This document shows positions 11,216 through 23,200 of a stretch of DNA of 64,000 bases, piece after piece. This DNA comes from Azolla caroliniana (lineage: Eukaryota > Plantae > Polypodiophyta). The first letter of the stretch is position 1, and every line of letters starts with the position of its first letter. The notes below the pieces were generated by a model. It was not told the DNA's origin. It did no database searches and saw nothing but the letters and a program-made list of their open reading frames with translations. Made by a program: the position numbers and the translations under genes. The stretch covers positions 2,232,001 to 2,296,000 of the forward strand of contig JBHGNT010000001.1 of NCBI GenBank assembly GCA_043228905.1. Direction: 5' to 3'.

Positions 11216-14200
11216 GATGACTAGTTGGCACTAGTTTGAACTCTCACCGTCCGATGAAAGCATGGATCAACGGTAGATCCTCGAGTCTCCTAGCTGCCCT
11301 TCCCTTTTTCCTTTTCTTTCTGCGTTTGTTTTTTATTTTTTATTTTGTTCCTCTTTATCTTTATTGAATGTCTTTGGGTTTACTTTTGTGAATGTGTTAT
11401 GTGTGAGAAATAGTGTGTCCAATGGAACCAACCTCCTTGTGCTACTCCTCTCGACCAGAGTCTAGATCATTCTAGCCTCCCCCTGCCCATTTGGGCTGCA
11501 TCTTTCGGCCGACACCTCGCCACCCTCTCGGGCCTCTCCTCGCCCTCTTTCTTCCCATACCATCCGCTCACCCACCGCCTTCCTACATCTTCTGATAATC
11601 CATCCGATCTCCGGCCCGGGAAACACACTTGCCCCCCTCGCTCCCATGACCCGGCACCACCAGCCCCCTTTCTCTCCTCCCCGATCCCGTCGCTCCTTCA
11701 CGACCCCCCCTTACCTACCTCCCTTTCTCTGCCTCTCCTTCGATCGATGTCCCCCTATACAAGCATGATATCCCCCTTCCCCACGAACCCACTTAGCACA
11801 CAAGGTGACACAATGCATGCGTGTCTCCCCAACTTGTACCCTGTTTGCTTGTGTTGCTTCCCTAAAGAAACTTTGTGGTGTTTGAAAGGCTTTCACAATG
11901 TGGATGGCAGAGTCTAAGCATAGGCGTGTGTATAGTGCAAATGGGATTATGACCCCATGCTGAAACCAAAGGTATGCAGGTGCAATGCGAGTACTTTGGG
12001 TGGCTTCTCTCCCCACTCAATACTTGATCTACCTCCTTGCCTTTCTCTACATCTCCTTAGCTTGGGTGTGCCAATAGAAATGCAAGCATATATACCTAGT
12101 CAAAACCACTTAGCACACATAGTGACAAAACATGTATTTATCTCTTGATTATGCACTATGTTTTTTGTCGTTTACCTTCAAATCAAACATAATCGTTATT
12201 AGATATTGACAATTGTTGTGGTTTTCATCGATCTTGTTTCTACTAAAATAGATTACAGATTCATCTTCTTGCTATGGTTTGGAACATTCAGATACACAAG
12301 ATTGAGCAACGCCTTCCTACTTTGCCAATTGCATAACTCACTATGATGAATAGTTGCCCTTTCAAACATTGAAAAATAAGTCTTTGTGCCACATTACAAG
12401 AACATATCGCCATATTGTAGTTGAAGTGTGTCAGGCTCTCACATAACACACCTAAAAACTACATTATGCGTATGCATCACGACACCAAATGGCATCGAGG
12501 TTAATATAGATGTGAACTAGTTAGTTGTCAAATATGCAACAATGTTTTCTAACAAAAACAAATGTTACTTAGTCAAATATGCCCTTCAATTTTTGTACAT
12601 ATGCCATAGTTCCATGGCTACCATCAAGCATCGAAACATTGGGTAAACATCAATGTTACAAATGGTTTCTTCTTTAATCAAAATGATGAATGAGGAGAAG
12701 GGTAGTTCATTCTTACAAAAAGAGAAGTGAACTAAAAGAAATGCATGTTCTAGCATATATTAATGTTGTTGGAGTGGATGGTTTTGGCTACACCTTTAGG
12801 TAATTAAAAAGGTAATGACGATTTGAGATCAATTTATGAAAACCTAAAATTAATTAAGGAGCTCTTGGATTAATCTTCATGAATGAGTCTTGAGTGCATA
12901 CTTGCCCCTTCTCAAGTCTGATCTCAACACATTTCCCAAGTAACAATAAGGGAAGTGGTGAAACCCCTTGTAAACCATTGGCAAGTTGAACCTTCCCATT
13001 GACTCAACGCAAATATGTTCTTGGCATAGTTTTGAACGAGTGAAAATGCTAGTTTTCCAATGGAACTTGTGGAGACATTGTTTTGTGTCAGAGAAAGCAA
13101 GCCAATCATCTTTAACAAACAACCTGATACAAAAGTCGCACCTCATAAGGCACTCCTTGAAACTTGAAAGAGCATATTTGTGTCCTCTCAGATGTTGTTG
13201 AGACGCTCTTTCACGTCAACCCAAGTAGACCACCCATCTATCACTACTCAAATTTACATCACTAGCATACCATTGGATGTATTTTCTCGTTTTCCCACAA
13301 ACTAGCAAAAACGATTGAATTTGAAAAAAAAACAAGAATTTGGAATTTTAACTAAAAATTGTCAAAGCAACAAATTTCAACTCAGCACCTCCAGGCCTAG
13401 CAACTCAACCGTGTTCCATTTTAAGCCATTTTGAAAAGCAATTTCGAACCGCTACATGAGTATCACATATGCATAACGTAGGCGATGGTTGGTCACTAAT
13501 ATTTACCAAACATAAATGAAAGGGTATGTTTGCCAATGTTAGAAAGGGGTTAATGTGATCGGATAGAGGGAATGATAACCAATGGATGGAGAGTCTTTTA
13601 ACAAGGCATACCTATTTAGGGCCCTCGGAAGATGTATAAATATAAGGCCTAACTATCCTCACAAACACATTATGTTTGGAAGGTTGAAGTCATAAGATAG
13701 AACTGTGGTGCAAACTAGACTTTTGTCACGATGATTATGTTACATCTTCCAAGGTACAAGTCATCCTAATATCGATTGATATTGGGTGTCAATAGTAGGT
13801 CGACAATGGTTTGATCATAGATCAAGGGTGGTTGGGAGGATTGGGCTCCTATATTCAATCTATTTACCTTTTTTCACTTTAATTAGGTCTATTGTTTAGT
13901 AACATGCTCTTTTAGTAATAATCAAGGTTTTCATTGTGTAGGTTCAAAGGGGAAACGAGAACTCCTTGACTTCCTTTGTTGCAACCACCATGAAAAGAAC
14001 TCAACAAGTTCCATTATGGCCACATTAGAATCCTAAAAGGTTCTTTTGTGGGTAGCCCCCACAACAGAGTTCATTGAGATCAGTATTATCGTGCCAGGTT
14101 CCTACCACACAAAGAACCTCCTTTGTGCAAAGCCTCTACACCATGGTTTAGAAGAGGATGCAATGAGCAACACTACTAATTTTGTGTTGCTCCTTCGTAC

Positions 14201-16534
14201 TACTCCATGCTGACAAGGAGGCTGATGCAAAAGCTCAAAACCTTGAGCCATTCCTAGGCTCAACGTGGAGGGGTTCAAATTATATCTAATTTCCCAATGT
14301 GCCCATATAGATAAACCTACCTATCCTCTTTACCCATGCTTCGATCAGGGACCTTATGTTCGCAAAATACCCTCCAATATAAAAATTATAGCAATCTAAA
14401 CTACCCTCATCCTTAGTTAAGTTCCTCTTATAACAACAATACCCTTTTATTTTGTTACTCATCAACTCTTTTATTTCATAAAGTCTACACCCCACCAAAA
14501 TATTAAACAACACACACACACCCATTATACACAACATAGACACACAAAATCATAGTTTACAAACACTAAACCATCGTAGACACACACAAATTATAGAAAT
14601 GCATTATAGACGCACACAAACTACAGACACACATTAGATACTAAACACGGACAAAATCATAGTTTAAGAACACTAAAACTATACACATACAAACTACACG
14701 TACTTGTACACACAAGTCCACATTCATATAAAGTGAATCTAAGCACATACAAACCTCCTACACTCGTGTGCGCATTAAACACTTACATGCGTTGATGAAG
14801 ACACTCTCCTATCAAGATCCATACAAATTATTCCATTGAACACAAGCACAAATAAAAATTAAAAGTAACACATGTTCTTGTGGATTCAACACTAGATGCA
14901 CATAAACACATAAACACAACATTCACACACGACCACTCATTTTCGCACCTTCTTGGCCACACACTATCAAAGGAGGAATTGTACACACTTGTGCACCCAT
15001 CCATACCCATATTCTCCAAAGGAAACTATAAGTGTTCCCACACTTTTTGGGTGGAAGAGTTTTGTGCACACACATATGGCATTTCAAATGGTTAACCATG
15101 ACCAAATTGAAAGGCATCATCCTTGACCCTATCTTCCTTGTTCTAGTGCCCCATTGATCTGACTCAAATTAGACACGCCTCTTGCAATAACACCTTGACC
15201 TTCAGGATGGAATCATGTGCACATCTCCCGTTGGCTAATTTCACTCATAAAACTCATTTGTAATTCAATCCTCGTTTTTCATTGGCGTTCCCCTCGTTTG
15301 CACTTCATGAACAAACTCTTCGTAGTGTTTAAAAATAAAGATGCCACCCAAAACAAAGTTTTGAAGAGGATCCATCTTTGGTTCAAAATATAATGCATAT
15401 TTTGCAAACCAAATAGTTAGATTAATGAAAATGGGTATAATTACTAGGGATAAAAGTACATTCAAGTAACAACAATTTTTACAATAAATGGTCCAGAATA
15501 CATAGGTATCATGATTAAGACAGAAAGAAATGGAATTGAGGCGATCAACCAGCTTTTTGGTTGTCTTAAGCCTCCCACACCCCCTCTTGATTCACTAACC
15601 TGTGAAGTTCCTTTTATGACATAAGCTTGGGCGTTTAGTTCCCAAAACCACCAAACTACACAATGAGCTCTCTTATTTTATAGCCTTCAAGTGCTCTCTA
15701 AGCATATACAGATAGAATGTCCTCTTTTGCCATGCAGCTTCTCTTTTCTTTGCATGAGCACTCAGTTTGATCAAAAGCGCTTTTCATACTAGTTCTCTTG
15801 GAGCAAAGATCCAACACATTAGGGTGAAAATTACCCCATTGGGCTAGTTCAAAACTTGTTTGGAGATCCAGTTACCAATATCAAAAGAAAACAAATTTAG
15901 AAAACAAAGATTTGTTCACAATAAATATACCAAATCAAGAAATGTTGAAAAAACCACAGAAACCAAGCTTTGATCTCACTGCCAAAAGATTCAAAAGATC
16001 TCACTGCAATTACAATGAATCACTACCAAAAGATTCAAACAACATTTAGATACTGCACATCCTTCAGATTTACATTGAGAATTGAAAGTAGATGTCAATC
16101 ATAAAAAACCAAATCCACAAAAACACCAAAATACCTAATGCAAGAGATCAAGAACCCGAAACATAAAAATTAGATCCTTCTGAACATTTAGAATTCCTTT
16201 TATTTTGTAATATGCCGAAACACTGCAAAACCAATCAGAGACTGGAGCTCTGAAGTGGAGCGACTAGTGTTTTGGAGTGTGCACATAACTCAATACAATT
16301 TTTAATAAATCAATCAATCCCTTCTTTCTTTCTTCTTTCTTAACTGAATCAGAAAGTACCGAGAACCCAATCAATATTTTGAGGAATGATTCCGAGATAA
16401 TATCACTCGATATAATTTTATCATGTATTTCCCTTTCAATGAAAAGAAAGTGAAGACTTTCCAATTAAAAAATGAAAATTGCAAAGCTTTTCAATACAAA
16501 GGGGAGGTGGAAAAAGCCCTTTGTGAATCAATAA

Positions 16535-19500
16535 CTACCAAGTTCTTTTAATTTGTCCACTACTATTGTTATGACTTGCAATCCGTTTGAGGAAAGCTGC
16601 CTTAGCACTAATCTCAGTAGCAAAAGTGCCGAAAATAGCAATAGTAACAGTGCTGCTTCCCAACTTCTCGACACCTCTGGAAACCATACAAATATGGCTT
16701 GCTTCCAAAACAACTATAATGCTTCTTAGACCATACCTATGAATTAGTGATTCAGCTATCTCCTTTGTTAACCTTTCTTGAACTTGAAGTTTATAGCTTT
16801 GTGCTTCAACAATCTCCCAAATAGAGGATGACTCAATAGGACCCAATTTTGGTTCTCCAGAGAAATACCCAACATGCACCTTACCAAAGAAGGGTAAAAG
16901 GTGATGTTCACACAGCGAGCAAAATGGAACATCTAGCTCAACATGCAAGAGATTTTTACTCTCAATCGGTTCTTCGTCCATCTCTAGAGAAAACCCTTGT
17001 TTGAATGGAAGATCCTGTTCAGCCAAGGTATTGCTGGTCTGAATTGGTTCTTTTACCTTTTCTAAAGAGCACGAGTTTCTAAATGAGACACCAAGCTCGG
17101 CCACAAGATTATTAATTTGGCTTGGATCTTTGACCATCTCAAAGGAAAAGCCAGATTTAGGCAATGTTGAACTCATATTTGCGCTATTAAGTGTTCCACT
17201 CATAGCATTACATTTGGATGTTTCCATATCTTTTTTCTTAAAGTTAGAAAGCCAGCTAACAAAGCATGTGGCTGTTAAGTTAAGTCCCTCTCTCTTTGCA
17301 CCCCCTACAAATAATGAGTCAAGCATCACCTCCACTGCAGCTACCATAGCTGGAATGTTTTCACATGATTTCACCAATGTCTGTGATAAGGTTGAACTGT
17401 AATAATTGTCATGTTCACTTTTCACTTTTATACTACTATTTCCATTAACATGTTGGGTGTTCGCTTTTCGAATAACATTCCCGGTCCCATGAACTGAACC
17501 CAAGCTTGCATTATTCATATCGACGGCAGACAGAATAGCTCCTTTTTTTAAGTCCATGGTGGTTGAATGAAGTGGAATACATGGGCAGAATACCATCTTT
17601 TTCGAGCCATTGCATTCAACACGATCAACTTCACCGTTGACAATGATGCCATCTAGTTCCAACATTGCTAGAAACTCGATCCATGCATCACTCTCTTTCT
17701 CTTCAAATCTACCTTTACCAGCAATAGTAACCATTGAAGGAAGAAACAAACCTTTAGAATTTGCTACTTCCCTATGAAACCCAGGCACAGGGAGATGTTG
17801 GCTTTGCAATACAACTGCAACTCCAAATGGTTTAATGGTATCAGATAATTCTTGACATATTTCTTCGGCTAAAGTTTGAGGATCCTGAATCCTTCGAGCA
17901 TACATATCTGCTATTCGTGGAAGTTTACTCAATCCTACTACTTGATATCCAGAAGAAATATAGGCTATGTGGCAACACACCTTGAAAGGAAGAAGGCAAC
18001 CTCCACATAAGGAATACATATCAATATTCCTAACTACAACCATGCCTCCGAAGCCCCCTCCATATCCAAGTCTGGGATCAACACCCTCTTCAGCAAATAG
18101 TGCATCACCCACTATGTTTTTCGCTACTTGTCTATAGCCTGATCCAAGAATCAACAGAGATACAAGTTAATAAGCAAGAAAGATGAAGCAAGAAGCTGAT
18201 ATACATTGCTCTAGCATCAAAACAAAGCTATGAGTTAACCACGATATATGTCACTTCTATAAGCCTGCCCGAGAGACAGCAGAGTTATAGCTTGACCAAC
18301 AATAATTGAAGAAAGATTATGAAAATACTTTCGTAAACTGCCACAGCATGAAGGACATGAACTCCATTTGCAAGAGAGATGATGCAAATAGTTATATAAA
18401 ACTACTAAAAAGTATTTATATAAACAAAAAAAGTATTTTGCAAATGTCTATATTATAAACTGTTCCAGCAATATAGAATTATGACTTAACAAAAAGAAAG
18501 AAGATGCACATGGTTGTATAAACTGCACAGCTTTTCGATGGCATAAGAGAAAGAAAGAGGAAGATACAATAAAAATTATAAAAGCGTGGAATTTTCTGTG
18601 ATGAGAGAGAGAGAGAGAGATAAAAGAAGATGAAAAAGAACTGCAATGAAAGTGAATCAAACAAAAACTAATAACTTTAACCATGCAAAAGAGAAAGCTA
18701 AGAGAAAGAAAGAAGTAAAACTGACAAAAACAATGAGCAAAAGTGAAAACAATAAAAGCACAAAATTTTTTAAGGAGAAAGACAGATATAAATGAAGACG
18801 AGAAAACGCTGAAATGAAAAGGAATGAAACAAATGCATACCTTTAGTATGTGAAAGAGAAAGCTACAAGAAACGGAAATTCTAATCACAGTAAAACCATG
18901 AACGTATATATTTGAGCGGAAATCCTAAACATACAGATCGCACAGATTTGAATGCAATAGTTAAACCCTCAAAAAGCACAGGTTCGAAGGGAATGGAAAC
19001 CTTAAAATCCTAGATTCCTATATTCCATGGAAAACCTAATATTACAGTACTTACAATGCTTGACAATGGAAACCCTGAAAGTGCTTAAATCTCATCAAAG
19101 CAGATATTTGAAGGCAGTAAAAACCATAAATACATAACGAACAGAAAATATTATGTCAACCTCTCTTTCTCATCATCATCAATAGGAACCCTAAAACCGC
19201 TTGAATATTTTTCAGATTTGAGTATGGCGAAAAACCCTACAATATGGAAAGATATGCATAGCAATAAAAGATATTATTATTACCTTTGGTAGCGAAATGG
19301 AAAGCTCTCGCAACACGAAGAGGAGTCTTGATTAGACCATCACGTCTGATGTCTTCTCCCAGGCTCTGCAAGACGACTTTCACGGACTCCACCATATCTG
19401 ACAAACCTTCATCTTCTTCCTCCTCTTCTTCTTCCAAATCTGTCGACGAAGATGAAGACGAGGAAGATGATAATGATGGAACACTAACAGCTCGATCTCC

Positions 19501-19605
19501 ATGACTATGGCTATGACCATGGCAATGGCCATTCGCCACACACACAACTTGCAGAGATGGAGGAGAAACGGGAAGAGTGCAGCATCCATTGCTCAAAACA
19601 CCCAT
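16535..19605 (-). CDS. GCH1: Plant bimodular GTP cyclohydrolase I (folate/pterin synthesis); exons 19605-19284 and 18138-16535 (641 aa)
   Basis: Motifs LGEDIRRDGLIKTPLRVA..TKG|YRQ, VVVRNID, VVGLSKLPR and RRIQ, then a second module with CEHHLLPFFG, KLQVQERLT and HICMVSRG. A phase-1 GT..AG intron restores TKGYRQ. Confidence 0.96.
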
Positions 19606-19982
19606 CTCTTCTTTCTTCTTCTCTAAGCTCAGATCTCTTTCTGTTTTCTTCGAAACAGCTCAGATCTTCTTTAATTCTCTCTCTTTTTCTATCCTTCCTC
19701 GAGAAGCTCGATTTCTTCTTGTACCTGTCCTCTTCTTCTTCCTCCTCCTCCTCCTCTTCTGACTTCTGCCTTCAGGTTTCTGTCTTCTGTCCTCTTATGT
19801 CCTTCACTTCGCCTCAGGTGATCTTCTTCTTGAAGAAAGCTCAGCAAGGTTGAGTCCGAGAGAACGAGGTAGTAGTCACGGCTGTGCAATCTCGATCTCC
19901 ATCTCAATCTCAATCTCAATCTCAACCTCACTGTGAGAGCGTGCGTGAGCGCAGTTATGTGGAGGTGGGTGCCTAAGCATAC

Positions 19983-20004
19983 CCACACACAGACACAGAC
20001 ACAG

Positions 20005-20040
<36 letters not shown>

Positions 20041-20212
20041 GGATTGGGGAGCGATGGATGGAGGGTGGGGGATACGACTCCGTTTAGCTTCTTCTCTGTA
20101 GACTGTGTGTCTGTGTCTGTGTCTGTGTCTGTCTCACCGGAAGAGACGAACGAATGATTCACCGGAAGAGATGAAGGAATGGATGGATGGATGGATGGAT
20201 GGATGGATGCTA

Positions 20213-20283
<71 letters not shown>
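19983..20283. repeat. Compound microsatellite block upstream of GCH1: (ACAGAC)n, (AG)n, (GTCTGT)n, (GGAT)n, (GT)n(GA)n
   Basis: Directly visible. Confidence 0.95.
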
Positions 20284-23200
20284 AACGGATGGCATGCATA
20301 TTCATCGTATGCATTAGATTAGATTACGCATCCATTGTATGCATGTTATGTATGTATGTATGTATGTATACATCTAAGTATGTATCGCATGCATGCATGG
20401 ATGGTTGTGCACACGCCCTATAGTCTATCCCATCTTCATTTGTCCGCACACGTGGCCGGCCTTCTCTCATCAAGTCTATTGTCCCTAATGCACCTCACAT
20501 GTGACTATGCAAATGCCCCCCCCCCCCCCCCCACGAACGAGATGATGGATTGGTGCTACGCGTGCCCTTGCCGCTTCACATAGATAGGTTGTTTGTGGGT
20601 ATCGGCTGAAGTGTGTGTGTGTGTGTGTACAAGCCAACCCATGGCAAGAGATGGCTCGATGCGCATGTGCGTCACGTGTACAGAAAAATCCTATGCATGT
20701 AAGTTGATGCACATGTCAGGGCAAGCCAAAGAGATGAAATTTTGGAGCTATTCCCTTGCCTCTAGATGGATTCTGCATGCATAAAGCATTGTGCATGTAA
20801 GAGTCCATGAAATAGATGATTGGTGTGCGTGTGTTGTTTCCGAAATAATAGATTCTATGTGCAAGAGTTGGTGCATGCCAATGTGTGTAGGTTTAAATAC
20901 CTTAATTGTTCATAGAATTATCTCTATGTAGATCACACTTTTTTAAGGATGGGAGTGCATGCAATATGCATGCCAATAGATTCCTTGTGTGTAAATTGAC
21001 GTGTATGTAAATGTCCATGAAAGAAATGAATTCATGTAGATGTTTCGTGCCTTCGTATAGATAGATTCTGTTTGTACAAATTTATGTACATATGCAGCTT
21101 AAAATACCAATGGAAATCCATCTTCATGTGTCATAAAATCAATGTGAAAGGCATGCCATGGTTTTGATGTCAACACCTAGATGGAAATCTATCTTGATAA
21201 GGAGGTTGTTCAAAACATGTGATTATGCATATCATGTTGATGTGTACTAAGGCTTAGTTCAAATTGAATGCTCGTGAATGGGAGGCCATATCGATGTGGC
21301 ACAACATAGTTTGTCAGAAGAGAAGTGAGGCGTGTAGCTTCTTGTTTGGTTTATTGAGGTCAGATGAATGTTTAGAAAACAAAAATACTATGGCATTAAA
21401 TCATTGACCAAAAGAAATTTATGGCCGGTAACAACAGAAAATTGTGCCCGACGACTTGTTCATTGCCTTGTTGTGATTGAGATCATTGATCCTAATAAAG
21501 GTGGGACAAATAGAGGTTCGACTTAAAATGATTTGAATGAACAAACAAGAACGACACGCCACAATCATTAGCATTAGCATAACCTAGCTTGTTGTGTGGT
21601 AGAAATCATCCTTAAGTCTACTTCAACCTCAGCTAGTGGTCCTTGCGTTTTATGGCATCGTCGAATGTGAACTTTATGTTTGTTTGCTCACGTGTCATGA
21701 GGGTAATCTTCCATGCGTCAACACACATTGTGACATTAAAATTGACAAGCATGTTTGTAGTTTCCAAGTATAGGTTAAATAGAAGATTCGTATATATTTC
21801 CTAATGTGCTGCAATCAAATAAGAGAATATTAACAATGTTGGCCTATAAAATCCATGAAAAAAGTGTGATTTATTGTATTGTATGTAGACACATTTTTAA
21901 AGTGAAAAATTATGCATTCTTGTCAAGACAGGGAAGGTGACACCTATATGTCTTTTCACGCAAATTTAGGGTAGAAAAGTGTTTTGTGTCTGACCATGTC
22001 CCAAGAGAATCACGATCGACAATATATTCAATCTTTTGAACTTAATGTAAGATTTGCTATTCGTTTGCATGACAAATAATGTTCACATCATTTCAACATT
22101 TAAGAAAGGTTTGGAGTGTCCATCAATTGTATGGGTCAAATGTGGCATGCCTCACAAACCCGAATGTTAGGCATTGCCTTAGCAAGTGACGAATGACAAG
22201 GTAAAAGAGAGAAAGTTTCACATGCGCATATATGAGACTCAAGAGATTTATTTACATGCGTTCCTTAATTTAACCTATGCCATATATACAACAATAGTTA
22301 ATGTGTAGAAGAAGCAAAATGATATTTAAAATTGCATGTCTCATATCTAGAGATGCAAGGTAATAGATCTTGTAGATTGTGGATGATAATGTTTTAAGTG
22401 TTTAACAACTCTTCACGAGACTCTAACCTATTCGATCTTATGAGTATCATTATTGAATACTAGAATTCACTCTATGCATTGATTGGACATTTATTACGAA
22501 AATCAAGTGTTGTAAAAGTATTACGAGTTTATGGAGAGATAATGTTGACCATACACGCTCTTACAAAACTAAAAGGAGCTTTGAATGCCACTTCACAATG
22601 GAAGAAGAGTTCTATAAAAGTACTGCATGTTTTTGGAGAGATATTGTATCATAGATGGAGCGCAGGGGTGGAGGAATCACTAGAGTATAAATGAAGATTT
22701 GTTCTTATGCTTGTACCATAAGAGGGTCTTAAAACAATACGAGAGGTAGCTAGCTACTCATGAGAAGTCTCGACTCGCAACAATCAACGAGCTATTGTAG
22801 TGTGGCTTTTATAATAAGACAAAGGATTCACTAATACCCAAAACCCTCATAACCACAAACACAATAATACATTATCGATATAAAATTGCAAGTTAAAAAT
22901 GCACGAAATGTCTAGAAAAGAAATCTTGTTGATACAATTGTATCAACAAAAAGTGTCTTTAATTTAACAAATCAAAAGATAAAGAAATTGAGTGGCACCG
23001 AAATGGCGCAAAAAAAGGATATAATCTAAACGTGACATGACTCAAAAAATTCTCGAGATCTGCTAACTTTTTAGCTAGTGACGTTGATTCAATAGCTTTA
23101 TACATCATGACTTGGTAAGAGTATCAAAACATTTTTCAACCCTTCTCGACAAAACAAGAAACTAGTGGCCTATATCAACCATCAAAAAGCTTATCAACTC

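Noticed and set aside
11714-12145. Degenerate ~315-bp-period direct repeat (CTACCTCC..., CCACTTAGCACACA.GTGACA)
   Set aside because: No TG..CA ends, PBS or TSD, so it cannot be called a TRIM or LTR pair.
15660-15770. Possible miRNA hairpin (GTGCTCTCT / GAGCTCTCT resemble miR156 and miR319 pieces)
   Set aside because: Only 8-9 nt matches, no extended stem and no full mature sequence.
18448-18888. 146-aa Phe/Ser-rich ORF
   Set aside because: T-rich sequence of the GCH1 intron with no coding signature.
19689-20423. ORFs with TDTD, LSLS, CVCV and ERER runs
   Set aside because: Translations of microsatellites.
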